29,077 bases of DNA from a virus (lineage: Duplodnaviria > Caudoviricetes), in the IMG/VR virus record IMGVR_UViG_3300010244_000002, positions 1 to 29,077 of that record; one strand, 5' to 3'. Below the pieces are notes generated by a model. The model searched no databases. It was not told where the DNA came from and worked only from the letters and a program-made list of their open reading frames with translations. The number at the start of each line of letters is the position of its first letter. The first letter of the stretch is position 1. The translations under genes and the position numbers were made by a program. This document shows, in pieces, positions 18,128 through 26,101 of this stretch.

Positions 18128-18372
18128 CTGTGTAGGTCGGACTTTATTCAGTCTTGGAAGGAAGGGATGAACTACACACCGAATAAATTCGGTGGTTTCT
18201 AGGAACGGTATTGCGTAAGGCACTTATCCGTCCTTTACAGGTGGGTAACCTACCAGTACGTCTTACGTACCTATTTACTAAGGCTCGTCCCGAGCCAATT
18301 GTTTTGTAGGATTAACCCACTAATAGAGAGAGAATTTAATGATTGATTAAAAATAAGCATTTCCGACCTGTT
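18095..18372 (-). ncRNA. Putative structured non-coding RNA (about 280 nt), family not recognised
   Basis: No ORF of 60 aa or more in the interval. The closing helix AGGUCGGA/UCCGACCU encloses at least six further helices. An extended -10 lies upstream and a terminator downstream. Confidence 0.72.
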
Positions 18373-18378
18373 AATTAT

Positions 18379-18389
18379 ATTATACCACA
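18379..18389 (-). promoter_or_regulatory. Extended -10 promoter (TGTGGTATAAT) for the putative ncRNA
   Basis: Perfect TGnTATAAT about 10 nt upstream of the first paired base; no good -35. Confidence 0.62.
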
Positions 18390-18426
18390 AAGGGTGTTAA
18401 CTACTTACTTTGACAGAACTATTATT

Positions 18427-19251
18427 TTAGATAATTTCTACTTTAAGTCCACTTTGTCTCCCGAACTGCAACCCTTCTTCAGGGCTATTAACTAGGATAT
18501 CAATAGTATTCCCTTGTATCATCCCTCCTACATCTCTAGCTGTAGCTACAAAAGAGTTTCCATTTGGTAATGTTACTCGGACAACAGAACCTGTAGGAAT
18601 AACACTTGGGTCTGTGGCAATAATTCGGTTACCATCAGGTCCATAGATAGAGTTAGAAATATCTGTTCCATCAGCAGTTACTGTTCCTGGTACTGCCCAA
18701 GATCCAACTGCATAAGCTGTTGCTTCAAAATTACCTAGAGACTGAGAAGGTTCCACTTGTTCAGTATCTTTGGTAGGTTGTGGTTTCTGTACAGGTTGTT
18801 CAGTTGATTCTTTTTTTGTATTAACACCTTTAACTTCGTTCTTAGGTTCTTCCTTTTTAGGTGTTTGTACTGGTTCAGATTTTTCTTCCTGAACTTCATA
18901 ACTTTTTACTTCTTTTGTTTGTTCATTTTCCACAGAAACTGCTTCTGCATTTCCATTATCTACTGTAGTAATTTTATTTCCAGGAATAATGAGATTGACA
19001 TCGTCTATATTATATCTATCTGCAATCGTACTAACTTGTATACCTATAGCTTCTGAAATATTATGTAAGGTATCTCCATATGTAATTGTGTATGATTTAT
19101 TTCCGTTTTCATCGACTTGAATATCTTGTTTGATTTCTTCTTCTGAACGTTCAGTCCAAGTACTTGCTTCTGCCTCTACGTTACCTGTTCCAATTGCTGT
19201 TGATAATAATACTGCTCCTGCAAGTCCTAAAAATTTATTTCTTAATTTCAC
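18427..19251 (-). CDS. Secreted LysM + 3D-domain cell-wall protein (YocH-like)
   Basis: Signal peptide (MKLRNK-hydrophobic-AEA), LysM (YTITYGDTL..I...IDDVNLIIPGNKI) and 3D domain (FEATAY..TADG..IATDPSVIPTGS..ARDVGGMIQGNTIDIL). Confidence 0.9.
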   Translation of the reverse strand: MKLRNKFLGLAGAVLLSTAIGTGNVEAEASTWTERSEEEIKQDIQVDENGNKSYTITYGDTLHNISEAIGIQVSTIADRYNIDDVNLIIPGNKITTVDNGNAEAVSVENEQTKEVKSYEVQEEKSEPVQTPKKEEPKNEVKGVNTKKESTEQPVQKPQPTKDTEQVEPSQSLGNFEATAYAVGSWAVPGTVTADGTDISNSIYGPDGNRIIATDPSVIPTGSVVRVTLPNGNSFVATARDVGGMIQGNTIDILVNSPEEGLQFGRQSGLKVEII

Positions 19252-19297
19252 TTTATAAAAGTCCTCTCTTTTGTATCTGTTATTTTTCGTGCCTCCT

Positions 19298-19342
19298 TAA
19301 TATAACATACATTATTAGCTATTTGATTACAGTGGGATTACA
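19298..19342 (-). promoter_or_regulatory. WalR-type box (TGTAAT-CCCAC-TGTAAT) plus a downstream TGTTATATTA -10/late element
   Basis: The direct repeat at 19326-19342 matches TGTWAH-N5-TGTWAH and lies 21 nt upstream of TATATT (19299-19304). Confidence 0.72.
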
Positions 19343-19373
19343 GTATTATTAAGGTCTGATTTCATGGGTAAAC

Positions 19374-19406
19374 AAAAAAATACCCCTAACCAAAACGGTT
19401 AAGGGT
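19374..19406 (-). terminator. Intrinsic terminator after the amidase lysin
   Basis: TACCCTTAACC/GGTTAGGGGTA stem followed by T7. Confidence 0.85.
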
Positions 19407-19439
19407 AAATTGAATGACTTTGTTCATGCTAGTTGGTGA

Positions 19440-21125
19440 TTACTTTAATTTTGTTACCTGATATTTCTTACCATCTAGAATGAACTGTCCTTCTTCTAAT
19501 TTATAAGTTTTAGGTTCATTCGGTTCTTCTTTCTTAGCTTCTTCAACAGATTTTTCTTCCACTACCTTAGCTTCTCCGCTTTCAACAGCTTCTCTTTTAT
19601 TCTTCATCTCTTGAATTTCGCCTTTATGTTGTCTTTTATCAGCTTCAACAATATCTTGTTCTAGAACCCATCCAATAACTTCTCCATTATTTAGAAGTTT
19701 ATAAGCATATTTCGAATTGCTTTGGTTCACTTCCTTCTTACTATCTACTTTAAGAGGTGTACCTTTAATCCAGTCAGAGATATTTTCTCCTGTTTGGTAC
19801 TGTTTAGCCCAGATTCCGATAGTAGCTGTATCTCCTTTACTTAAGGATCTAAATGAAGATTCCTTTTTTTCTTTACTTGGTTTCACAATCTTCAGTTTTT
19901 GTCCAACAGAAAGTAAGTCTGGGTTGTCTATGTTATTAGCTTCCTTAATTACTTGGGTTGTTGTTCCGTGATCCTCAGCGATACCGTAAAGGGTGTCACC
20001 TTTTTGGACTGTGTAAGTATCTCCTGATTTAGCAGGTTCTACGTTACTTGATTCGTCTAATTGAAGTACTTGTCCAATTTTTAAAGCCTTAGCATCTGAA
20101 ATGTTGTTGATGTCAGATAATTTGTCGGCTGTTGTACCATTTTCTTGTGCAATGCTATAAAGAGTATCTCCTTTTTGAACTGTATGTGTTCCACTTTGTT
20201 TTAGGTAGTCTGGTTTCGGTTTAGTTGGTTCACCAAAGTCTCCCCAATCATTTCCACCAATTTCATTATAAGGTAGGTATACACGTTGTTCTTTAAAGAA
20301 GTAACTAATCCAGTTGTATCCATTTCCTGTATAAACCGAATCATAGTTAATTGTGTCTCCTTTAGCTCCAGTAAACACAAGTTCTGCTGATGTTGAAGGA
20401 GCACTACGTACTTTAATATCATAACCTAATGTGAAGCTTCTCCAAGTATCTTTTACTTTTTCAACTTTTGATGTTGCTGAACTACTTGCTGAGCTGACTG
20501 AGTCTGAGCTCCCGTCAGAAACACTTCCTCCTTTATAACTAACACCAAAGTAGTTACAAACAGCACGTGCATCTGCATCTGCCATATCTTCTACATAGTT
20601 TGCTTGGTTTGAACCAAAGATATTTTGGAAATCTCCAGAGTTAGTCATAAAGCCATGTTCTACTAAAACAGCTGGCATATTTGTTTCACGAGTAATGTGG
20701 AGGTTTGTCCAGCTTCCAACTACACCTGCATGTAGTCCATTACCATGTGTGCTGTATCCTTTAGATTGTACTTGGTTAACAACATTTTGTGCAAGGCTTT
20801 TACCGTTACCTGATGTATTCCAATAGAAAGCACAGATACCATTTGCACTTGCTCCACCAGCATTCGCATGGATAGAAATGACGATGTCTACACCATTACG
20901 GTTGTACCAGTTAGTTCGTGTAGTTAAGCCTACGTCTAGGGAATTTGGCTTTTGCGGTCCATATACAACGTTTATTCCACTTGCTTCTAATTTTGCTTTT
21001 AAGTTTTTCGCTACCTTTGAGTTAAAGTCATGTTCTGCATAACCTTTTCCACCACGGTGTACACCTTTCCCGTTTTCTGGGAAGGTATCCGAACCATGTC
21101 CAATATCAATTGCTACTTTTACCAT
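19440..21125 (-). CDS. Endolysin: Amidase_3 + SH3-like + 2 LysM + C-terminal domain
   Basis: IDIGHG..AE, ISIHANA and PAVLVEHGFMTN amidase motifs; IKVRSAPS...YDSV...GYNWISY SH3b-like domain; two [HY]TVQKGDTLY LysM domains. Confidence 0.92.
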   Translation of the reverse strand: MVKVAIDIGHGSDTFPENGKGVHRGGKGYAEHDFNSKVAKNLKAKLEASGINVVYGPQKPNSLDVGLTTRTNWYNRNGVDIVISIHANAGGASANGICAFYWNTSGNGKSLAQNVVNQVQSKGYSTHGNGLHAGVVGSWTNLHITRETNMPAVLVEHGFMTNSGDFQNIFGSNQANYVEDMADADARAVCNYFGVSYKGGSVSDGSSDSVSSASSSATSKVEKVKDTWRSFTLGYDIKVRSAPSTSAELVFTGAKGDTINYDSVYTGNGYNWISYFFKEQRVYLPYNEIGGNDWGDFGEPTKPKPDYLKQSGTHTVQKGDTLYSIAQENGTTADKLSDINNISDAKALKIGQVLQLDESSNVEPAKSGDTYTVQKGDTLYGIAEDHGTTTQVIKEANNIDNPDLLSVGQKLKIVKPSKEKKESSFRSLSKGDTATIGIWAKQYQTGENISDWIKGTPLKVDSKKEVNQSNSKYAYKLLNNGEVIGWVLEQDIVEADKRQHKGEIQEMKNKREAVESGEAKVVEEKSVEEAKKEEPNEPKTYKLEEGQFILDGKKYQVTKLK

Positions 21126-21127
21126 AA

Positions 21128-21721
21128 TTATTTGTCCTCCTTAATTTCTTCTACTTTGAATTTATCTCCATCAAGAGTAAATTCGCCTTCTTTAGCTTCT
21201 GTACTTTGTTCTTCTTCAGAAGATTTCTTCGCATGTCCTGTCTGAATAAGGGCTTCTTTATCCCATTCGACTAAATTGTTGTCTTCAATGATACTGATTA
21301 ATTTACTTGGATAGTCAGGATCAGTAGCATACCCAGCATCTTTTAGAGCTTGTGCTGCCTTTTTATAGTCTGTTTCTCCAATTACATCTTGGTAGTTGTC
21401 TTTACGCCAGTCTGTAGATGTGAAGAACTCACCATGGTCAATTACTGAAGTAGCAATATCTGGGTAGTGTCTAAACCATTCTGTAGAATTAAATTTGTTT
21501 CCATTCTCATCTACTTCCCATGTGTCATGTAAGTAACCATAACGGTTGTAGTCTCCTTTTATACCAAATACGTTATTGCTTGCTTCAGCTAAAACAGATG
21601 TTCCATTAGCACTTTCTAAAGCTCCTTGAGCCCCTGTTATACTTGGTAGTATTTGATAGTCAATCCATCCTTGAATAGCACCTTCTTTAATACTATTTAA
21701 AAATTCTTTTCTATCTGCCAT
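21128..21721 (-). CDS. GH73 glucosaminidase/muramidase lysin (no recognisable cell-wall binding domain)
   Basis: LPSITGAQGALES, NNVFGIKG and GYATDPDYPSKL motifs. Start reassigned to the ATG at 21721 (GAGGAG RBS). Confidence 0.9.
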   Translation of the reverse strand: MADRKEFLNSIKEGAIQGWIDYQILPSITGAQGALESANGTSVLAEASNNVFGIKGDYNRYGYLHDTWEVDENGNKFNSTEWFRHYPDIATSVIDHGEFFTSTDWRKDNYQDVIGETDYKKAAQALKDAGYATDPDYPSKLISIIEDNNLVEWDKEALIQTGHAKKSSEEEQSTEAKEGEFTLDGDKFKVEEIKEDK

Positions 21722-21740
21722 GTACTTTCTCCTCTCGATA

Positions 21741-21780
21741 AAAGATACCCTCACAAGCATATTGTCATAAGGGTATCTTT
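21741..21780 (-). terminator. Hairpin / weak terminator between holin and lysins
   Basis: AAAGATACCCT/AGGGTATCTTT perfect 11-bp inverted repeat with a short T-run. Confidence 0.55.
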
Positions 21781-21810
21781 GTCATTAGTCTATTTACTTA
21801 CTGTTGTTGT

Positions 21811-22218
21811 TTAACCTTTTACAGAGTTTGATTCTTCTACAGGTTTTACAGGGTCAGGTTCTGGTACTTTTTCAACGTCCTTGACTTCAATTTCTGCACC
21901 TTTTTTAAACCCTTTTTTAAGATTTGTTACACTTGATTCAATTAAGTTATCAAGCTCGACTTCTGTAATACTAATTCCGTTATCGTTTGCTATTCTAACA
22001 GCTTGGTCTTTTGCGTAATCAAATTTCTCAGAACCTTCAGCTGCTGTGAATATTTGTTCTGCTGCATTAACTGCGATTTGAACAATTTCCTCTTTCTCTT
22101 TTAAGAAAGCTCGGAAGTTACTGTCTTTGTACCAGTCACCAAATTTCTTTCCTAAGTAACCGAACACACCTACAGCGATTATTCCTAAAGCTAAAATAGC
22201 TGCTTCATAAAGTGCCAT
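21811..22218 (-). CDS. Holin (LL-H-like, single N-terminal TM helix)
   Basis: N-terminal hydrophobic helix, AVNAAEQ...G.EKF..A...LIESSV motif, and position directly upstream of the lysins. Confidence 0.8.
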   Translation of the reverse strand: MALYEAAILALGIIAVGVFGYLGKKFGDWYKDSNFRAFLKEKEEIVQIAVNAAEQIFTAAEGSEKFDYAKDQAVRIANDNGISITEVELDNLIESSVTNLKKGFKKGAEIEVKDVEKVPEPDPVKPVEESNSVKG

Positions 22219-22240
22219 ACAGTCATCTCCTTTCTACTTA

Positions 22241-22255
22241 TAATATAACACAAGG
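22241..22255 (-). promoter_or_regulatory. Putative phage late promoter of the lysis cassette (CCTTGTGTTATATTA)
   Basis: TGTTATATTA just upstream of the holin RBS. Confidence 0.68.
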
Positions 22256-22286
22256 CTACATACAATTTAGAGTTTATTGTTAAGAA

Positions 22287-22661
22287 TTAAGAATTTAAGA
22301 ATTTCTCAACCTCATCAATTTTAACATCTTGTCGGTAGGTAGCTACAACAAGAATTAAACTCAACGTATCTCCGTTTGTTAACTTTTCTTGTTTGCTATC
22401 AATTTTAATTGGGAGATTATATGTATTGTCTCTCGAAATTTTACCAACTTTTTTTAAGAACTTTCTTATATCCTTATGGTCTTTCACTAACTGAGAAGGA
22501 ATAGGCATAACAATTTCCTGTTTGAATCCTGTTTCTCCTATTTCTTCTTTTTCTTTAAGTAAACGGATAAAGTTTTGGTTTATTGTTTCTTTTCCATGGT
22601 CTTTATTCTCGATTTGGGTAACTTTATTTAGCTCTTTCTGTGTTTCTTTATCTACTTCCAT
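22287..22661 (-). CDS. Hypothetical protein
   Basis: 124-aa ORF with GGGAGG RBS, packed within the operon. Confidence 0.75.
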   Translation of the reverse strand: MEVDKETQKELNKVTQIENKDHGKETINQNFIRLLKEKEEIGETGFKQEIVMPIPSQLVKDHKDIRKFLKKVGKISRDNTYNLPIKIDSKQEKLTNGDTLSLILVVATYRQDVKIDEVEKFLNS

Positions 22662-22676
22662 ATAAACCGTCCCTCC

Positions 22677-23534
22677 CTAGTTTAAGTTATTATACTGCTC
22701 TTTGGTTTTTTCTAAGAGTTCTTTGAGTTCTGGGTTATCTTCAATCATTTGATTTGTTGCTTTATTTAACGCTTGAGTTGATTGAGTTAGGGATTGATAA
22801 GCTTCTTCTCTTTTCTCTTGGATTTTAGCTTGTTTCTGTTTATGTTCTTCTTGTTTTCGTTTCTGTTCCTCGAGAGCTTCTTCTCTTTCCTCACGATACT
22901 CTTCTGTTGTGAAGGAGATAAATATCTTCATATCGTCTCCTTGAAGAATAGAAGTCATTCCTGTTCCTGACCCATCAATCTCAATACCTTCTCCTAATTC
23001 AATAACTTCTCCGTTACGTACTTTTTCTTTAAAAGTATTGTTTACTTCTTTGTCTTTTAATCCTTTAGCAATAGCAAACTGGAAAAGTCCTTCAAAGAAG
23101 TCTAGGTCTTCAGCTGCAAATATCTCATATGTAACGGCATAGCCTGACATTTTATCGTCTTCATTAGGTAAGTGTAATTGGAATTTAAAATCCTTATGTA
23201 AATCCTGTACCCGTTCGATTACTTGGTTAACAAAATACTCATAGTCTTCCTGTGTAGGTTCTGTTGTCAGTAACTCTTTTAAACTCTTTGTGTTTTCCAT
23301 TGTGTTCAATTCCTCCAATAGTTTATTGTTGTTGCTATATTCTATTTCCTTGTCTAAAGATTCTAACAGTTTTAAGGACTCAGAAATCATACGAGAGACT
23401 CGTTGCTTCTCTTTTTCTAAGTCCTTTTTTCTTATTTGTTTGTATACATTCATTATAACATAAATAAATAAAGTGAAAGCTGTAATGGAAATGAGTACTC
23501 CACCTAAAGGATTAGCTCGTATCCATTCAATCAT
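22677..23534 (-). CDS. Hypothetical membrane-anchored coiled-coil protein
   Basis: One N-terminal TM helix and a charged helical C-terminus; translationally coupled to the upstream gene. Confidence 0.75.
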   Translation of the reverse strand: MIEWIRANPLGGVLISITAFTLFIYVIMNVYKQIRKKDLEKEKQRVSRMISESLKLLESLDKEIEYSNNNKLLEELNTMENTKSLKELLTTEPTQEDYEYFVNQVIERVQDLHKDFKFQLHLPNEDDKMSGYAVTYEIFAAEDLDFFEGLFQFAIAKGLKDKEVNNTFKEKVRNGEVIELGEGIEIDGSGTGMTSILQGDDMKIFISFTTEEYREEREEALEEQKRKQEEHKQKQAKIQEKREEAYQSLTQSTQALNKATNQMIEDNPELKELLEKTKEQYNNLN

Positions 23535-23535
23535 A

Positions 23536-24414
23536 TTAAATCAACTCGCCAAATAACTCATATAATTCTTGTGGGTCTGCTTCATAATTAAGGTCTGTTT
23601 CGTTTAATTCTGAGGCATGAGCGAGTTCTTCTATATCCTCGAAACCTTCTTCTTTAGCTACACGTACACCTTTGTTAATATTCAGTGCTACTTTAACCAA
23701 TTCATAGAAAGCTCTTATTTCTAACCCACTAACGTCTATATCTTTTGATAAATGTTTAATGGTTAAATATTGGTTGACAATTTTAAGTCCGATAACTGCT
23801 CTAGGAATATAGTTAGAATCAACAAGTAATTTTAGTCGGTCGCAATCTGCTTGTTTTCCTTTAAGAATCCTAAAGCCAGCTGACAAATTATTGAGAGCTT
23901 GTAATTCTTCTGTTGGTATCGGGTCCTCAAAGTTTCCTACAGCAACAATCTGAAATGTATTTGCTTGGTTTTCTTCAGAATCATCTGTATTCGCTTTTGC
24001 TTTCTCTTTATTATCTGACCCTGCTCTTGGTTTCTCATAAAATGTCATTTCTACTTCTTTACCATTTCGAGTAACTTTCCTTTTGACCCTATTTAGACTA
24101 TCATAGTCCTTATTACTTTTTAATACAGCTTCGTTATCGTATACCTCGTCCGCTTTAGCATATAAATACAAGTCATAGAATGATTTAAATCCATAAGCAG
24201 CAACGATATGTTTATATGCATCTGTATAGATTTCGTTATTATCAATCACAAATTGTTCATCGTTTAAATCTGTTTGAGTTATCTTTTCCAGAAAAGGTAG
24301 CTCAATGTACCCGACATATTCTATAGGTTCTTGGGCGTTAGATTCGCCAATTCGTTTGATAACATCATCAAATTCTTGTTCCTTTTCTTTGTTTGTTTTA
24401 TCTATTAAATCCAT
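23536..24414 (-). CDS. Conserved (probably virion) protein downstream of terminase
   Basis: KRKVTRNGKEVEMTFY motif recalled from this phage group. Start set at ATG 24414, 6 nt after AGGAGG. Confidence 0.7.
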   Translation of the reverse strand: MDLIDKTNKEKEQEFDDVIKRIGESNAQEPIEYVGYIELPFLEKITQTDLNDEQFVIDNNEIYTDAYKHIVAAYGFKSFYDLYLYAKADEVYDNEAVLKSNKDYDSLNRVKRKVTRNGKEVEMTFYEKPRAGSDNKEKAKANTDDSEENQANTFQIVAVGNFEDPIPTEELQALNNLSAGFRILKGKQADCDRLKLLVDSNYIPRAVIGLKIVNQYLTIKHLSKDIDVSGLEIRAFYELVKVALNINKGVRVAKEEGFEDIEELAHASELNETDLNYEADPQELYELFGELI

Positions 24415-24484
24415 ATCCAACCTCCTTTTATATTAGGACATCCTATATTTACTTTCCAAATAAGAAAGTTTTATTCTTCTTTTA

Positions 24485-26101
24485 TTACCCGAATATATTT
24501 TGTATATCTGTTTGTGTTGGTTCTTGACTCAAGCTAATGAAATCAGCGTTAAATTCATATCCATCGTCTCCGTAGAATATTTCGATAAGTCTTTCCCAAC
24601 CAAGCATTGCATAAACAGAACTCTGGGAGAAGTGGTCAGGTCCTTTACGTGATATAACTTGGTAAAACTCTCCAGTTCGTTCGTCTTCTTCGTCACGAAT
24701 AGTTACGTTCTTCCAGTGGTCTACATACATTTGTAAATGTTTTTCATCTTGGTTTCTGTAATGATGAATATCTCCTTCTTTTAACATAGAGATAAATCGT
24801 TTGTTCTGCATTAACTTATCTACCTTTACAGTATTGTTGTGTTCTGACCAAGAAGCATTCAATTTCCCAGTAGAACGAGGAGATGAATTATATTGACATC
24901 CAAATACTTTGTTTTCTCCATAGATTTGCATGAGTTTTGCAATTTTGTCTCCTGAGTCTCCAATATCAGCTACGATAATATCTGGGTCATAAGGTCTTAA
25001 AGCTACCTGAATTTGCTTAATATCTGCACCTACATTGGTTGAGTCTGTAGCACTCGGTTTCTGAATCGGTATTAAATTAAGTAAATCTATTCGTCCGTTT
25101 TCAACCATACCATATATAGAAATGTAATGGGTATTACCCCAGTCTATTCCTACAGATATAAACTTATAATCTCCTCGGTCTTGGATAGGTTGGACACTTT
25201 CATGAACATGGCTATATATATCTTCGTCTTGAACCATAAGCTTTTGGTCTAAGAACGGAATCCCTAGCACATAGTTGTAAAAACTTTGTTTCGAGCGTGA
25301 TGATATTTCTTGTCTTTTTAAATCATCAGCAGATTTCCAAACAGCATTTAAACTTGTAATGGAAAATCCTTTGGTTCCTTGTCCATTTTTAACTCGTTCT
25401 GGGTATTTTGGTACCCACATTCCGTTATTCCATCTATCAAGTGGTTTCCCACACTTTTGACAAACAAATTGGAAAGACCCATCGACAACAGTCTTCGATA
25501 ATAAATCGACTCCTTCTGGGTTTACTGTAAGAATATTTCCACCAGCTTCAATACTGTCTGAGTTATATTCTTCATAGTTCATCTGATTCCAATGGTTACA
25601 TCGTTCACATTTATGTAAATAATGATTCTGGTCTGATTGTTTAAATAATCTATTTACTCCTACATCTGGGAGAGTCGGTGTAGACCAACGATTGATTATT
25701 TTGTACTTCGAAGACTCTATCGAGTTTAATGCCGACTCCTCACTCAATGGTGGCACTCGATCATACTCGTCCAAACTTAGTAAGTCGATGTCCACCCCTT
25801 CCATCTGTGAGGGTTTAGAACTTGACCTAAAATAGATAAATGAATCTCTTATTTTCTTCCGTTTCATCGAATCGACTTCTGGGTCTAGGATTGATTGATA
25901 ATAATCGCTAGAAAGGACTGTATCTAATCTAGTCTTCACAAAGTCGTCCATCTGATCATTGGTCGGAAATGCAAATAATGCCTTCACTGCATCATATGAA
26001 TGAGTGTCTGCGAAATGTAATAGCTTAATGACACCTAGTTCAGATAGTCCTAACTGTCTACTCTTCTGTACAACGAAATTTGGGTGTTCTGAGTTCAATA
26101 G
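24485..26101 (-). CDS. terL: Terminase large subunit, exon 2
   Basis: KSRQLGLSE Walker A, LSLDEYD Walker B, WSTPT coupling motif, VGIDWG nuclease motif and a final DHF. Confidence 0.93.
   Translation of the reverse strand, partial: LLNSEHPNFVVQKSRQLGLSELGVIKLLHFADTHSYDAVKALFAFPTNDQMDDFVKTRLDTVLSSDYYQSILDPEVDSMKRKKIRDSFIYFRSSSKPSQMEGVDIDLLSLDEYDRVPPLSEESALNSIESSKYKIINRWSTPTLPDVGVNRLFKQSDQNHYLHKCERCNHWNQMNYEEYNSDSIEAGGNILTVNPEGVDLLSKTVVDGSFQFVCQKCGKPLDRWNNGMWVPKYPERVKNGQGTKGFSITSLNAVWKSADDLKRQEISSRSKQSFYNYVLGIPFLDQKLMVQDEDIYSHVHESVQPIQDRGDYKFISVGIDWGNTHYISIYGMVENGRIDLLNLIPIQKPSATDSTNVGADIKQIQVALRPYDPDIIVADIGDSGDKIAKLMQIYGENKVFGCQYNSSPRSTGKLNASWSEHNNTVKVDKLMQNKRFISMLKEGDIHHYRNQDEKHLQMYVDHWKNVTIRDEEDERTGEFYQVISRKGPDHFSQSSVYAMLGWERLIEIFYGDDGYEFNADFISLSQEPTQTDIQNIFG

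Noticed and set aside
18095-18372. tRNA, tmRNA or group I intron identity for the structured region
   Set aside because: I found no cloverleaf or T-loop/CCA end, no tag reading frame, no P7 GACUA/UAGUC pair and no interrupted gene.
21722-21760. Upstream start of the GH73 lysin (MLVRVSF...)
   Set aside because: It begins inside a hairpin with no RBS; the ATG at 21721 has GAGGAG.
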